A DNA stretch of 19,378 nucleotides from Elusimicrobiota bacterium (GTDB lineage Bacteria > Elusimicrobiota > Elusimicrobia > UBA1565). How positions within the stretch are numbered: the first letter of the stretch is position 1; each line of letters begins with the position of its first letter. The notes under the pieces were generated by a model. The model did not search any database, was not told where the DNA came from, and saw only the letters and a list, made by a program, of their open reading frames with translations. The stretch is taken from contig JBDREN010000023.1 in NCBI GenBank assembly GCA_043819795.1, positions 1-19,378 on the forward strand. Reading direction: 5' to 3'. Both the position numbers and the translations under genes were made by a program. This document shows positions 16,981 to 19,378 of the stretch, in pieces.

Positions 16981-18177
16981 ATGATCCGGCGCCACCTCGC
17001 CTCCAAACTTCGCCAGGCCGCCAGGAAGTATCCCGTCGTCACCTTGACCGGCCCGAGACAGTCCGGCAAAACGACGTTGGTGAAGGCCGAGCTCAAGGGC
17101 TACCACTACGTCTCCTTGGAGCTGCCCGATCAGCGGCGCCACGCGCTGGAGGATCCGAGGGGCTTCTTGAGCGCGTTCGATGGCCCTGTGATCCTGGACG
17201 AGGCACAGCGGGCTCCGGAGCTGTTCTCCTACATCCAGGTCTCGGCGGACGAGGACGACCGGCCGGGCCGCTTCATCCTGACGGGCTCCGAGAACTTCCT
17301 GCTGCTCCAGAGCATATCCCAGTCCCTGGCTGGCCGGTGCGCCATCCTGCATCTTCTACCGTTCTCGCTCCATGAGCTGGCGGGACGCCCGGCCCTGGCG
17401 CCGGAGGTCTGGGGGCGTGAGCTTCCCCGGCAAGGGCGCAAGCCGCGCCGAGGGCTCATGGACACCCTCTTCACGGGCTTCTACCCGCGCATCCATGACA
17501 AGAAGCTGGCACCCCAGGAGTGGCTGGCGAACTATTATCAGACCTACCTGGAGCGGGATGTGCGCAACGTCCTCAAGGTGGGGGACCTGGAGGCGTTCGG
17601 CCGGTTCGTCCGGTTGTGCGCGGGCAGGAACGGGCAGCTCCTCAACCTCAACGGGCTCGCCTCTGATTGCGGCATCTCGCAGCCCACGGCAAAGAGCTGG
17701 CTGTCGGTGCTGGAGGCCAGCTTCATGGTCGCGCTGGTCCGGCCCCATCACCGCAACTTCGGCAAGCGGCTCATCAAGAGCCCCAAGCTCTACTTCCTGG
17801 ACCCCGGCCTGCTCTGCTACCTGTCGCGCGTAGGTTCTCCCAAGGACCTGCACCAGCATGGTGCGAGGGGGCCGGTCTTTGAGACCTTCGTCCTATCAGA
17901 ACTCTACAAGGCTTTTGCTCACCGTGGTCAGCGGCCCGAAGTCTATTTCTGGCGGGATTCGGCCGGCCATGAGGTGGACTTCCTGCTGGACTTCGGGACC
18001 CGCCTGGTCCCCATAGAGGCGAAGTCGGCTCAGACCGTGGCGGGAGACTTCTTCGACGCGCTGCGCCGCCGGCAAGAGCTCGCGGGCCATGAGGGCGGTT
18101 CGGCCGCTTTGGTCTACGGGGGAGATCATGCCATGCGGCGCAGGGACGTCTTCGTGTATCCCTGGTCGGCGGTGTGA
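16981..18177 (+). CDS. AAA+ ATPase (AAA_14) with DUF4143 domain
   Basis: Walker A GPRQSGKTT, Walker B ILDEAQ, FILTGS, SLAGR, KSPKLYF.DPG, C-terminal EVDF...IEAKS (PD-(D/E)xK-like). Confidence 0.9.
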   Translation: MIRRHLASKLRQAARKYPVVTLTGPRQSGKTTLVKAELKGYHYVSLELPDQRRHALEDPRGFLSAFDGPVILDEAQRAPELFSYIQVSADEDDRPGRFILTGSENFLLLQSISQSLAGRCAILHLLPFSLHELAGRPALAPEVWGRELPRQGRKPRRGLMDTLFTGFYPRIHDKKLAPQEWLANYYQTYLERDVRNVLKVGDLEAFGRFVRLCAGRNGQLLNLNGLASDCGISQPTAKSWLSVLEASFMVALVRPHHRNFGKRLIKSPKLYFLDPGLLCYLSRVGSPKDLHQHGARGPVFETFVLSELYKAFAHRGQRPEVYFWRDSAGHEVDFLLDFGTRLVPIEAKSAQTVAGDFFDALRRRQELAGHEGGSAALVYGGDHAMRRRDVFVYPWSAV

Positions 18178-18207
18178 GGGACGGCTGTTTGCCGCGCCTT
18201 CTGTAAC

Positions 18208-19176
18208 TCATCTCAGGACAACACGCTTGCGGCTCCCCGGGAGGCCGCCGAGGTTGTCGATCGGGCTGAATCGGCGGTGCTGGAGGGTTACATCCCGGTT
18301 GGCGAGCCTGACGTAGACCCTGACCATATCGAGGGTCGAGTGCCCGAGGATCTGTTGGAGGCTGAATACGTCGCCGCCGTTCATGATGTAATGGGTCGCG
18401 AACGTGTGGCGAAGCGTGTGCGGCGAGACCCGGACGCCTGTGAGGCCCGCTTCGCGGCCCAGGCGGCGGAACGCCAGCCTCAAGCTGCCCCGGCCCATCC
18501 TGTTGCCGAATCGGCTCACGAACCCCAGGTCCTGGTCCGGGATTTTACCCCGCCGCAAGACATAGCGCGATAGGGCCTGCCTGCATGTCCTGCCCATGGG
18601 GACTTCGCGCTCCTTGGCGCCTTTCCCCATAACTCGCAGCAGTCCGTGGTGAATATCCACCTGGTCCAAGGTCAGACCGAGGACCTCGCTGACGCGGAGC
18701 CCGGTGTCCAGGATGAGGATTATGACGGTCCAGGTCCGCACGCTCATGAAGGTCGTCTGTGTGGGCTGGGCGAGGAGCCGGCGGACCTGGTCGACCGTGA
18801 GCGGCCGGATGAGCTTCCGCTCCATGCGCGGTTTCTCCAGTATGGCCGCCGGGTTCTGCGGGATCATGCGCTCCCGGGATAGGAACCCGAAGAAGCACCT
18901 GAGGCCCCCGTAGGTACGGGCGATCGTGCCCGAGGCCTTGCCGTGCCGGCGCATGTGGCACAGGTAGGAGCGGATGAGGGGCGCGTCAATCCGGCGAATG
19001 TCCGTGACGCCTTGTGACTCCAAAAACCGCTGGAAGAGGCTGAGGATTTGCCTGTACCACCCGCAGGTCAGGGGGGACAATCCCTTGGCCTCGCAGCGGA
19101 GCTCGAAAGCCTCATAGGCTTGGCCTATGGAGGGCTCGTTGATGATTGAGGTATAACCTTGAGGGTTTCGCGACAT
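18208..19176 (-). CDS. Tyrosine recombinase/integrase
   Basis: Catalytic set DTGLRVSE (R), GKG (K), HTLRH, LGH, VRVY (Y). Adjacent to the tRNA att. ATG 19176 has an RBS; GTG 19191 is an alternative start. Confidence 0.93.
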   Translation of the reverse strand: MSRNPQGYTSIINEPSIGQAYEAFELRCEAKGLSPLTCGWYRQILSLFQRFLESQGVTDIRRIDAPLIRSYLCHMRRHGKASGTIARTYGGLRCFFGFLSRERMIPQNPAAILEKPRMERKLIRPLTVDQVRRLLAQPTQTTFMSVRTWTVIILILDTGLRVSEVLGLTLDQVDIHHGLLRVMGKGAKEREVPMGRTCRQALSRYVLRRGKIPDQDLGFVSRFGNRMGRGSLRLAFRRLGREAGLTGVRVSPHTLRHTFATHYIMNGGDVFSLQQILGHSTLDMVRVYVRLANRDVTLQHRRFSPIDNLGGLPGSRKRVVLR

Positions 19177-19288
19177 CTCCCGTACCTCCACGAACCTTGC
19201 ATCCGAACCTTGTATCCCTGGATGGGTTCGGGGTCGTCGAACAACGGCGACCCTACCGAGGGAGGCCCCTCAAAAAAGCTGAGGTGTA

Positions 19289-19328
19289 AACGAAGAAAGC
19301 CCCGGCGTTCGCCGGGGCTTCCTTCGTT
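19289..19328 (-). terminator. Long hairpin, terminator-like, 3' of the tRNA
   Basis: 18-bp stem whose one mismatch is G-U on the minus-strand RNA; homolog of 5858-5896. Confidence 0.7.
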
Positions 19329-19332
19329 GAGA

Positions 19333-19378
19333 TGGGTGCGGGGGTGGGATTTGAACCCACGACCTCAAGGTTATGAGC
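19333..19378 (-). tRNA. Initiator tRNA-Met (CAT), 3' part only (runs off the window); att site
   Basis: Minus strand G-CTCATAA-CCTTG-AGGTC-GTGGG-TTCAAAT-CCCAC-CCCCGCA-C-CCA. The CCCCGCA acceptor strand and TTCAAAT T-loop are fMet-like. The 5' half cannot be seen. Confidence 0.7.

Larger units (their letters stand above)
5901..19378. mobile_element. Integrative genomic island (~13.5 kb, probably composite) at tRNA-fMet
   Basis: Flanked by 46-bp direct repeats of the tRNA 3' part, with a tyrosine integrase next to one repeat. Confidence 0.85.

Noticed and set aside
1..19378. CRISPR array or prophage
   Set aside because: No regularly spaced repeats, cas genes or phage structural/replication genes were seen.

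Overview
GC-rich bacterial accessory region with three parts. (1) 1-~1955: a two-ORF insertion sequence (small basic ORF translationally coupled to an IS4-superfamily-like DDE transposase) followed by a ~130-nt multi-stem structure. (2) ~1965-5500: a consensus sigma70 promoter with a terminator in its leader, then a Cys-less HesB-like gene, rpsU, a peptidoglycan-binding lipoprotein, a DedA/TVP38 protein, lysine 2,3-aminomutase (ablA/kamA) and a truncated Na+/solute symporter. (3) ~5670-19378: tandem integrative islands at an initiator tRNA-Met. Three same-orientation copies of the tRNA 3' part are present (5901-5946, degenerate 16782-16810, 19333-19378), with an intact tyrosine integrase and a decayed integrase 5' remnant. 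The cargo is an AAA+/DUF4143 ATPase, an orphan GAF histidine kinase, a nitrosative-stress operon with a Crp/Fnr-type box (YwiC-like fragment, cupin, qNor, DUF438, DUF1858, NifU, hemerythrin, GATase) and an Rrf2-cysK-methyltransferase operon. All family calls come from motif recognition by eye; no searches were run.
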